DNA from: Eledone cirrhosa
Lineage: Eukaryota
DNA: 64,000 nt
Reading direction: 5' to 3'
Assembly (NCBI GenBank): GCA_964016885.1
Contig: OZ024742.1
Span: 205,964,001 to 206,028,000 of the forward strand
Both the position numbers and the translations under genes were made by a program. Position 1 is the first letter of the stretch; the number at the start of each line of letters is the position of its first letter. The notes below the pieces were generated by a model, which worked only from the letters and a program-made list of their open reading frames with translations, was not told the DNA's origin and ran no database searches. This document shows positions 50,400 to 60,985 of this stretch, in pieces.

Positions 50400-52900
50400 T
50401 TTAATTTTTGTGGTTAACCACCGTATAGCCAACCATGATGTAATATTAGGAAAAGCACTTGACGTTATGCAACTCATTCATATTTGATGTTGAATCTTGC
50501 TGGTGGTGCGAGAATGGAGTTACTTATTATTGAGTAAAATGACAGGAGGCCGCACTGGTAAAATTCCTTCAAAGATTTATTTCAGCAAACACTATGTACA
50601 TTTCAGTGGCCAGGATAGGTAAGATCCTGGTGACATCATCAGGTGTTTATTGCATAATAGTTATATAATAAAGGAATAATGGTAAACACAATGCAAGAGG
50701 CTATAAGAGGAGAAAGCAGATAAAAAAAAACAGGGAAAAAAGTTTTTGACTTGAAGGTGATCAAGAGGGCCAGTTGTTGTTGTCAGTTTGGCTGACCGCC
50801 TTCGAGTGGGAATTCTCATCTATTTTGTCTTACCTGTTTGGTCAGGGGGTTGTATGCTTAGTATGTTTATTACTACTACCCTGCCATTCACTGTTATTTA
50901 GACACATACTAGTGGTAAAGGAGATCAGGTTACAGAGAGATATGTTCTGTTTGGGTCAGCCTAAAGTTCTATAAAAATATAATGGACGGAGGGACGGGGA
51001 ATTCAGAACTTAGAACTTAAAAAGTTTTAAGGTTAAAATTAAAGTTAAGATTAAAGATTAAAAATGTAAAAATTAAAGTTTAAAATTTAAAGATTTAGTT
51101 AAAGAATTAGGAGAAGGATGCATTTATGTAAAATTTAAAAATATCTTTGATAGTCATAATGAATGTCGCGTTCCATCACTGTGTTTGTGATGTAGAGAAA
51201 GGATTGTGGCTTGTCTTGTTAGCTTCTGAGATAATGGCTTCACAGTCACCATAGGTTCATAAGCCCATGGACCCTTCTGAGTAAAATTTCATATCAGGAA
51301 TAGGGAAATTTCTATTATTTCGAAGCACTCCAGGAAATGTCCACAGGCTCATGCTCAGCATGACCAGGAGAGTCAGTATAGTTGGCTGGAGAGTCAGTAT
51401 AGTTGACTATATGCCAGACAATTATTAATTACAAGCACTAGTTATGTTAATGATCCTAAAGATAGAGTTGTGTAAAGCTGAAATGTAATAAACAAAATAA
51501 AACTAAATTAAACTAGATTAGATCACTATTTAGCTTTGGGTTCTTTGCGCTGCTCGATAATATATTCCTAGGGGGTGTGAAATAGTTCTGAATTATATTA
51601 TATAAAGGAGTATCGTTTGGCATTCAATAACCAGTGAAATGAAATGACGACTCCCTAATCTACTCAAGGGCCTACCAGCCTTTCCGATTTTTTTTTTTGT
51701 CTACTGATAAAAGGGCAAATTTATTTTTTCCAAGCACTCAAGGAAAGTGGACAGACCCAGGTGTTGTGAGTGCAAGTAGGAAAGCCAGCACATCCCGTCA
51801 TTTATCCAACGTATACCAAATGATTATTAGTTATTCATATTAGTGATGTTAATAATAGAGCTGTAGTAAAGCTTAAATGTAGTAATATTAAATCAAAGTA
51901 GGATTTAATGAAATAAGCAAAGAAACTGTACTCAATCTCAAGCTAACCTGGGTTCCATGTGTTCAGTTTTGTATTCATAAGGAATTTAATCCCATCCCAC
52001 ACTATAATAAGTATAAGTGAGATATAGATATATACCCTAATACTACAACGCACTTATGTCTCTATGTAATTATTATAATATGGAAACTACATCGTATGGT
52101 ACATGTTGAGTGAATCCTAAGGGAATGGGAGTAGTAATTAAATAAATAAATAGATATATATAACCATATATATAAAAAAAAAAATAACTGACATGGCTTG
52201 TTTGCCTAATTGCAAATGAATTGAATATTATTACTAATATTCGAAAAACTAAGATTACATAACCATATATAGATAAGTTGTAAATGGTTGATAAATATGT
52301 GAAAGAGATAGTGAAACATAGTTAATAAAAAGAAACGTTTCTTGTAGCAGGGACATGTGGTATCTTGTAAGGGTTACTAGATAACGTGAAATAAGTTTAG
52401 GTAACAGTTGAGGAAAAACCAAGGATAAGTATATAAAGAATATAAAATGTAATCATACACAGAGTGGTAATCATGGGTGTAAGAATGGAAGTAAATAAGA
52501 AAATAAATAAAAAATAAATACCAATTAAAGTGTAACAAATAAATAGGTTAAAAAATGTAAAAATAAATATAAAAGATAGAAGTATAGAGGTGGTAGTGAT
52601 ATGTAGTGTAGGTTTCGAGTAGTAACCATTTACATAAATACCTTAAAAAATATAAATTATAAATGTAAAATTCAGTCAATACAGGGTATAGGAGGTCATG
52701 CAGATGGTTCAAAGAATTTTTAAGTCCAACGGAGGTTTGAATGTTCCAGATAGGATGTGTGGTCTGAATAGTGAGGTAAACTCATTTTCTGCAGTTAATA
52801 TCAGACTGGGGTGTAATTAGTCCCATGGTGGCAATAACTCCATGTTGGTGTCAAGGCCTCTGTTCTCTATTTAGCATAAAGAAACAAAGAATTATATATA
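50400..52900 (-). mobile_element. Probable degenerate PLE 3' region / pseudo-LTR
   Basis: Intact HHR followed by AATAAA at 50575-50650, ending at a (TA)/(CATA) tract; weak GIY-YIG C-terminus resemblance (ENEFTSLFRP) near 52740-52800. Extent uncertain. Confidence 0.45.
50587..50648 (-). ncRNA. Type I hammerhead ribozyme
   Basis: AAACAC-CTGATGA-T-GT CA CCAGGAT CTTACCT ATCCTGG CC AC-T-GAAA-TGTACA-TA-GTGTTT; AUA triplet. Confidence 0.85.
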
Positions 52901-53018
52901 TATTTATTTATTTATTAGTTATGTAATAAACAACATAAGATAATTATTTCATTTGCCAGTAGTATCTTGAAGGCAGATATTTATATCTATCTTCAGACAT
53001 CAGAATGAATAAATAAAT

Positions 53019-53064
<46 letters not shown>

Positions 53065-53251
53065 GGTTATGCACGAGTGCATTAAGGTTTTCCAGGACAC
53101 AGTGTTATGTACAGTGTAGGAGAAGGTCAGCTTACAACAGAGTGGTGCTCAACGAAATGCAGAAAATAGGTGTATATTCCAGTTTAGCTATACTCCGGGG
53201 CGTGTATAAAGAATCAAAAAGAACAGAAAGATGCAGTAAAAGAGATTTATT

Positions 53252-53382
53252 CGGTTCTAACGGGCGTTTCAATAGACATCAATTTGCCTAGATCTCGCTG
53301 CATCTATAATATTATATAGTTAGTAGAGCATTCGACATCCAATGCACAATCGATTCCATATCATCAGAGATTATGTTTACCG
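53252..53382 (-). ncRNA. Type I hammerhead motif with long stem II (PLE pseudo-LTR)
   Basis: Reverse complement of 57701-57831; stem III reads ACGCCCGT here. Confidence 0.72.
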
Positions 53383-53753
53383 TACCAGAATGTTCAGGTT
53401 TTTATAGGAATTCATGTGAAGTTGAAGTAGAGAAGAAGGAGGATGTGACAAAGACGAGAGAGATAGGGGGGTTTTTCATGGTTGTTGAGGTAAAACAGAG
53501 GGGAGGATAAAATACGATAATGAAGTCTAGATATGGACTAGTCCAACTGTGTGTGTGCTAGGGAGATGGTAGACGTTGATAGGTTTATGATCTATGATAG
53601 ATGGAGGCAGGGGAGATTAGGCCGGGTGACTTGTAAAGTATGTAGGAGGAGATGTTGAATAGGGGAGATGTGGTCAATAGAAGGCATAGCAATAATCCAT
53701 GGGGACAGATAGAGGAGGTAGAAGGAAGATAGAGAAAAGCAGAAGTCGCAGGA

Positions 53754-55969
53754 TCAAATCAAGCCAGGTTTGTATTTCGAGAACGTAGCCTTGAGTCTGT
53801 GATTGCAATATAGAGTCCTTTCCGTTCTGTTGTTGAGAAGAGTATAATTCGATTTTAGTATGTAAAATAGCTCCATATTGCATAATCGGCAGTAAGGCTG
53901 GCCTGCACGATATGCGGAAGCACTAGAGAGTTTTGTCCATTTCAAAGTGTATTGCAGGTTACTTTCGCGCAACTGCCAAATTGTATTGGCTAAGGTAGTT
54001 ACGGAATGGTATTTGATGTTCTTCATCGAACTACGGTGTTGGTACCAACGAGATTTAAAAGTGGTAGAGGTACAGCCGATATAGTGCCATCTGCGGTTAT
54101 CCGATTTAACGGTGCATTGATCCACCATATTGGATTCCATGCATTTGTTATTCAGAGGGCAACGATCAGGTAGGTTGCAGTTGCACTTATCAGCTCTTGT
54201 AGTATTATTATCTTGTACAGGTTGCGTTAGGTTTATATGTGTGTCTGCTGCAGGAGGGTTTACATTCAGTGGTTGAGAGTTTGAGGAAGTGTTAATGTAA
54301 TTTGAGGTGCTTCGTGTGGATGTGCTGACTAATCGTTTGGAGTTAAGTTTTTTAATAATTAGATCGAGATTGGGTGCTGTAGAATATGAAAGCTTAATGG
54401 ACCTTAGATTTAGTATTTTAGCGTATCGATGTGCAGGAGGAAAATGTGTTTTGATTAAATTGAAGAAAAGTGAAGAAATTTTAGGAGATGTTGAGGCATT
54501 GTATATTGGGTTGTACCAAAGGTAGCTACGATTCCGCTTTCTAGCTAGGTTGGGTTGTGTGCTTCTATTTCGACTATGCCTGTGCGGAAAGTGTATGTTG
54601 TGTATCGTACCTATATTATTGTTTATGCTAGTGCGTTGTGAGCCCTTATTTCTATATTGGTGTGCTGGATCTATGTACTCTATTTTGTCTTGGTATCCAG
54701 CCGCCTTAAGCGCGTTGTTATAGTAGTAAGCGTGCTCACTAAAGACCTGGGGGGTAGATGACAGGCGTGATATTCTAAGGGAGATGGCCCGAGGGATAGA
54801 CCGTATAACCGAGGGTGGATGATTAGATTTATGGTCAACATACATAATATTTTCATTAGATTTATGGAATGGGCGGATTTCCCCCGTCTCTAGATTAAAT
54901 GTTACATCCAAGAAATTTGTTTCAGTCAGGTTGTACTCAAAAGTAATGCTAAAACCAAGACTGTTTAAAAATTCGCTAACTTGCTTACGTAATCTTTCTA
55001 TTTTCTGGTTGTTTAGGTGTTTAGCTAAAAGGAGCGCATCGTCGCGGTAGATTCCCCCTTGTAGATTGCGGAATATTTTCTCTAGTGCTTGAGCGATGAA
55101 GATGCCCACTACGTCTGTAACTTCGGCCCATCGTGATATCAAAGAAAGATGGTCGATCTTTGCGCACCCAGTAGCTATCATCGAACTTAATTATGGTTTT
55201 TCTGGCCTCAAGGATGATGCCTATTTCCGCGTCGGTTAGGTCAGAATTCTCTCCGGCAAACATTAGGGTCTTATGCAGGGTATCGGGTGATATGGAAGAG
55301 TAGTAGTCGTTTATGTCGAATTGGATCAATTTTGATTCATCCCTATCCTTGATATTACTAAACCAACATACCGCCTCCTCAGTATTTGCCCAGAGTTTTA
55401 TGCCAGTTATCCGTTTTAACTGGGGGATTACTCTATCTAATATATATTTACTTACTCTACCTATATCCGATTTCGATGGGCATATTAGTCTAATCTGGGG
55501 GTTTGCATGGAAATTGACTTTGTGGTCCTTTAAATTAAAGGACGGGGTCGCTGGAATTATTGGTTCTGTCCTGTCATCTATACCCAGGTTCTTAACTATT
55601 TTGTGTGCCTCATTGTTAATATGTATAAGAGTAGATTTACCTGTTTTTTTGTACTTCTTGTGTAGTTCAGTACGGATGAAGTTATTATAGGTGTTTACAT
55701 CTAGGGTGTACGCGTTGGATGTTTTATCGGCCTTAATGATAATCCCACTGGTATTATTAAGTTTGTGGACCAGAGCTTTGATGTTCTTTTGTAGTGTATT
55801 TTCCTTTCGGCGGTAAAATTTAACTCTCGTAATAGTGTTTAGAAGGTCTTGTTCAAAGGCGTCAAGAAGAGGGTTAGACGGAGGGTTTTTGCAGGATCTA
55901 AATCCATAAGATTGCGTATCTGAGTTGGACTTTTGGTTATTACGGCCCATGTCGAAATGAAAAGCACAG
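53754..55969 (-). pseudogene. PLE reverse transcriptase plus GIY-YIG endonuclease ORF, one frameshift, 5'-truncated
   Basis: IIKADKTSN, LKDHK, RLICP, QFDINDYYSSI, DITMG|AEV (frameshift near 55127), GIYRDDAL, NFLDV, WYNP, CNCNLPDRCPLNNKC, HYIGCT, CRLCNME, CNH. Confidence 0.93.
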
Positions 55970-57700
55970 AAGTCCAACTCAGATAAGCAATATTATGGAT
56001 TTAGATCCTGCAAAACCCTCCGTCAAACCTTCTTCTTGACGCCTTTGAAGACCTTCTAAACACTATTACGAGAGTTAAATTTTACCGCCGAAAGGAAAAT
56101 ACACTACAAAAGAACATCAAAGCTCTGGTCCACAAACTTAATAATACCAGTGGGATTATCATTAAGGCCGATAAAACATCCAACGCGTACACCCTGGGTG
56201 CGCAAAGATCGACCATCTTTCTTTGATATCACGATGGGCCAAAGTTACAGACGTAGTGGGCATCTTCATCGCTCAAGCACTAGAGAAAATATTCCGCAAT
56301 CTACAAGAAGGGGGAATCTACCGCGACGATGCGCTCCTTTTAGCTAAACACCTAAACAACCAGAAAATAGAAAGATTACGTAAGAAAGTTAGCGAATTTT
56401 TAAACAGTCTTGGTTTTAGCATTACTTTTGAGTACAACCTGACTGAAACAAATTTCTTGGATGTAACATTTAATCTAGAGACGGGGGAAATCCGCCCATT
56501 CCGTAAATCTAATGAAAATATTATGTATGTTGACCATAAATCTAATCATCCACCCTAGGTTATACGGTCTATCCCTCGGGCCATCTCCCTTAGAATATCA
56601 CGCCCGTCATCTACCCCCCAGGTCTTTAGTGAGCACGCTTACTACTATAACAACGCGCTTAAGGCGGCTGGATACCAAGACAAAATAGAGTACATAGATC
56701 CAGCACACCAATATAGAAATAAGGGCTCACAACGCACTAGCATAAACAATAATATAGGTACGATACACAACATACACTTTCCGCACAGGCATAGTCGAAA
56801 TAGAAGCACACAACTCAACCTAGCTAGAAAGCGGAATCGTAGCTACCTTTGGTACAACCCAATATACAATGCCTCAACATCTCCTAAAATTTCTTCACTT
56901 TTCTTCAATTTAATCAAAACACATTTTCCTCCTGCACATCGATACGCTAAAATACTAAATCTAAGGTCCATTAAGCTTTCATATTCTACAGCACCCAATC
57001 TCGATCTAATTATTAAAAAACTTAACTCCAAACGATTAGTCAGCACATCCACACGAAGCACCCCAAATTACATTAATACTTCCTCAAACTCTCAACCACT
57101 GAATGTAAACCCTCCTGCAGCAGACACACATATAAACCTAACGCAACCTGTACAAGATAATAATACTACAAGAGCTGATAAGTGCAACTGCAACCTACCT
57201 GATCGTTGCCCTCTGAATAACAAATGCATGGAATCCAATATGGTGTATCAATGCACCGTTGAATCGGATAACCGCAGATGGCACTATATCGGCTGTACCT
57301 CTACCACTTTTAAATCTCGTTGGTACCAACACCGTAGTTCGATGAAGAACATCAAATACCGTTCGTAACTACCTTAGCCAATGCAATTTGGCAGTTGCGC
57401 GAAAGTAACCTGCAATACACTTTGAAATGGACAAAACTCTCTAGTGCTTCCGCATATCGTGCAGGCCAGCCTTACTGCCGATTATGCAATATGGAGCTAT
57501 TTTACATACTAAAATCGAATTATACTCTTCTCAACAACAGAACGGAAAGGACTCTATATTGCAATCACAGACTCAAGGCTACGTTCTCGAAATACAAACC
57601 TGGCTTGATTTGATCCTGATCTCTCTCGTCTTTGTCACATCCTCCTTCTTCTCTACTTCAACTTCACATGAATTCCTATAAAAACCTGAACATTCTGGTA

Positions 57701-57831
57701 CGGTAAACATAATCTCTGATGATATGGAATCGATTGTGCATTGGATGTCGAATGCTCTACTAACTATATAATATTATAGATGCAGCGAGATCTAGGCAAA
57801 TTGATGTCTATTGAAACGTACGTTAGAACCG
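57701..57831 (+). ncRNA. Type I hammerhead motif with long stem II (PLE pseudo-LTR)
   Basis: CGGT...TCT-CTGATGA(57716-57722)-T-ATGGAATCGATT...AATTGATGTCTAT-T-GAAA(57813-57816)-CGTACG-TT-AGA-ACCG, then AATAAA. Confidence 0.75.
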
Positions 57832-57871
57832 AATAAATCTCTTTTACTGCATCTTTCTGTTCTTTTTGATT

Positions 57872-57932
<61 letters not shown>

Positions 57933-57933
<1 letters not shown>

Positions 57934-59916
57934 TAGCAGACTTACCCGGCGTTGCTCGGGGTTTGAAATTATGCTAAGAATATACAGCTAGGAAGTAAAA
58001 GAAGAATATTATTTGTCCCCAACCTGTCAAAATAAGCAGAAGTCTTCAATAATTAATGCAAACGAATATTTAGTGCAATCTTTGTACACATAAAACTATG
58101 CTGATAATGAAGGAAAACACTGAACAGGATGTAGTTATACAAATGATTAAAGACAATACACGTTGCAAATCTGTAAAAAAACATTCAGTTTTGCTAAAGT
58201 ACAAAAAGTTGTAATGACAGCAGAGTTGTATACAAACAAAAAAACAATGAGAGTAGAATAAGAGAAAATCTATTCTTTGAGAGCATCCTTTGCTGTGTAT
58301 GGTTAAATTTTTAACTTATAATCCAAAATATCCTGCATGACATATTCATTGGTATGTTTTATAATGAGTAAGGTGAAGTCAAGGCAGAGCTATAATAAGT
58401 TTTTTTGTTAACACTAAAGCACTTCAGGATAGACGATATTCTTTGTTTTTCGTTTCGGAACAAACGCAAAGAGATTATCTCGACTGCCAACTCGTGAGCA
58501 GACGTTTTTCACCGAAAGAGGTCATTTGAAACGCAATGTTGTACTGTCGGATATGCTTCAGAAAATCACGTGATTGTGAATGCTTACCTGTTAGAAGCAT
58601 CTGGAGAGGTTGCGGTGGTTCCCTAAGGGTGGGAAAATTAACCTTACCGTTGGAGTAGCACATTCCAGCTGCTCGCCCCCCCCCCCACATTTTAGCTTTA
58701 CAACGTTGGCAAGTATTTGACATGGAATATATTTGAATATCAGGATGGATTTGATAGTTTACATTAGGGTCATAATTAACTGCCGTAAGGTACCATCGTG
58801 AGCCTTTGAAATACCCCGCGATAAAGCTCTACTTTGAGCGTTACCCTCCAGCCGAATAGCTCGACTTGTTACAGTCTCTACAGCTCGTGCCGTAGCAGTA
58901 GCTGAAGCATTTCTCAAATGCCGACTTTGACGTTCTTGCTCAGTCTCAATTGCTCTTGATGCAACATTAGCTGAAGCATTACGCGCACGGCGTCTTTCAT
59001 ATTTTTGTACTGTCTCTGCAGATCTTGCTGCAGCAGTATCTGTAGCATCGATAGCAAGGCGTGTTTCACGTTGTTCTGTAGTCTCTGCAGCTCGTGCTGC
59101 AGCAGTTGCTTTAGCATTATTGGTTCGCCGCACTAACCGACGCTCAGCGGCGGACAAAGATGTTGCAATAACTGTACTCACCGCATTTAGTGATTGTCTA
59201 TTTTCGGTTATCGGCGGAGCGTCATTTACACGCATTGTGTTCTTCGACCGATAGCCAATATGTGCATACTTTCTTTTAGATATTTGGTGAAAAGTTGTAA
59301 AGTAAAATGTATGAAGTGAAGCGTTACAGTTAACTTTGAAAGTGCAACACATTTTTTTTTTGTATCAATATGGCTAATGAAAGTTTTAAAAATGTAAAAG
59401 TTGTAGGTCCCAATGGTTTGAACGGAAAGTCTCATAAGGATTGTTCTAAAAATAAACAAACCATCATCAAAATCTCGTCAATTCGAGACTGCTGCGAGAT
59501 TAGGCCCTTAACGCGAAAATTAACACTTAATATAGTGAAACAAGTTAAAACAAGTGTTTTTTTAACTTTGAAAGTGCAACAAAGAATAAACAAGAAACAA
59601 ACGATAATATTAGTGATTTATCTTCAAATGAATGTGATGTTTATATTTCTGAAAAGTTGGTTATCTCCTTTTTTTATAAGGATTGTCAATAAAGTTTGTT
59701 ATCTCCCTTACATCAATTTTTCTACCGATAATTTTGATATCGATTTTTTATTGTTCAACGTGGGTCGATTTGAAAAATGCTTGTGATGTGACAATCTTAG
59801 CGACCTGTGCAACGTGCACAGACAATTTGGTCAAATTCAGTTGGTAATTGTAAAAGTCTTAAGTATGCAAAGTTTTACACAGACACACACACATCCTCGC
59901 TTTTATATATATAAAG
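57933..59916 (-). mobile_element. Internally deleted non-autonomous Helitron (about 2 kb)
   Basis: Minus-strand 3' end CCCGAGCAACGCCGGG-TAAGTCTG-CTAG (CTAG at 57933-57936); N-terminal 23-aa repeats and CQRC...MCYSNGKV...YNIAFQMTSFG fused to CSRVGSRDNL...TKNIVYPEVL*; 5' end reads CTTTATATATATAAAAG but lacks the canonical T of TC. Confidence 0.9.
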
Positions 59917-60212
59917 TTATTTGTTTTTTTAACATTCTCGGTATTTTTCTATATATTTACCCCATATTGTTTTACTTATTGTTTCGACTTCCTCTCCCTC
60001 CCCCTCCCTAGTATACTTCCTTGACCTCCTGCCCAGCTGTAGTTGGCACTATCAACGCACGACTGGGTTTCCTCCACCCCCTCTCCCTCTTTCTTCTACT
60101 GGCAGGTTCAGCTACGCCTTCCCTCCACAAATTGCTATGATAGAATTATGTGTCTCAACAACAAACTTTTGACCAATCCTTATGACAATCACTTTTACCA
60201 TATATGGAATTA

Positions 60213-60306
60213 CCCCCTGAGAAGCTCGGCTATTCATATACCAGGATGAAAATGTTCATTTAGTCCAGAATTAGCCGTCGAAACGGCTTGAGCTCAGCCA
60301 TTGGGG
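60213..60306 (+). ncRNA. Degenerate hammerhead motif
   Basis: CCCC-CTGAGAA-GCTCGGCTA...TAGCCGTC-GAAA-CGGC...GCCA-TT-GGGG; about 100 nt before (TA)n. Confidence 0.5.
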
Positions 60307-60406
60307 TCCTATTCGTTCCTATTACCCACTCTACTACCCTAAGTATTGAGTACTTTGGTGCGTTATGGTCCACCTGGTTCCTTACCACATTTCCTTCGTT
60401 ATATAA

Positions 60407-60490
<84 letters not shown>

Positions 60491-60495
<5 letters not shown>

Positions 60496-60985
60496 GCAAA
60501 GTCTGGGAAGTGTGCCTCAGTTTGAGATCAGTGTGGAAGTCAGACCTTTGTAAAGACCTGAAGATCCATCTCTTCGTTGATGTAGTGGAGTCTGTGCTGC
60601 TGTACGAGTCTGAGACTTGGACACTGACCAAGAAACTCACTCAGATGATGGATGGGTGCTACACGACAATACTGAGGATGGCTCTGAACATTAATCAGTA
60701 TACACTGAGGATGAAGAATTCAAAAGTCAGCTCGAAGGTAACACAGAGGAGACTGAGGTTAGCTGGACATGCTCACTGACATTCAGAGTTGACACTGCAC
60801 TCAGTCTCCAGTGGGAGCCCCTGTATGGACACACTAAAAGAGGGAGACCGAGATTAACATATGTTGATGTCCTAAGGACAGACACTGGTCTCTTGGAGAC
60901 ACAGGACATAGCAGCGATAATGAAGGACAGAGACCAATGGAAAGAACTCGTCCATGGATCTTGGGAATTTTACACTCCCTAGATA
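60491..60985 (+). mobile_element. RTE-clade LINE 3' fragment
   Basis: LKIHLFVDVVESVLLYESETWTLTKK...DGCYTTILRMALN...QRRLRLAGH; flanked by (TA)n. Confidence 0.85.

Larger units (their letters stand above)
53062..57878. mobile_element. Penelope-like element as a head-to-head inverted duplication flanked by (TA)n
   Basis: Minus arm 53062-55969; plus arm 55970-57878 is the reverse complement of about 53205-55932 with two deletions. Confidence 0.95.

Noticed and set aside
52966-52997. Minus-strand CTGAAGA followed by a hairpin
   Set aside because: Simple palindrome (TGAAGGCAGATAT-TT-ATATCTATCTTCA) with no GAAA or stem III.
55970-55977. Annotated start of the 318-aa PLE ORF
   Set aside because: The TTG start lies in the first bases of the inverted arm; the true N-terminus is truncated.
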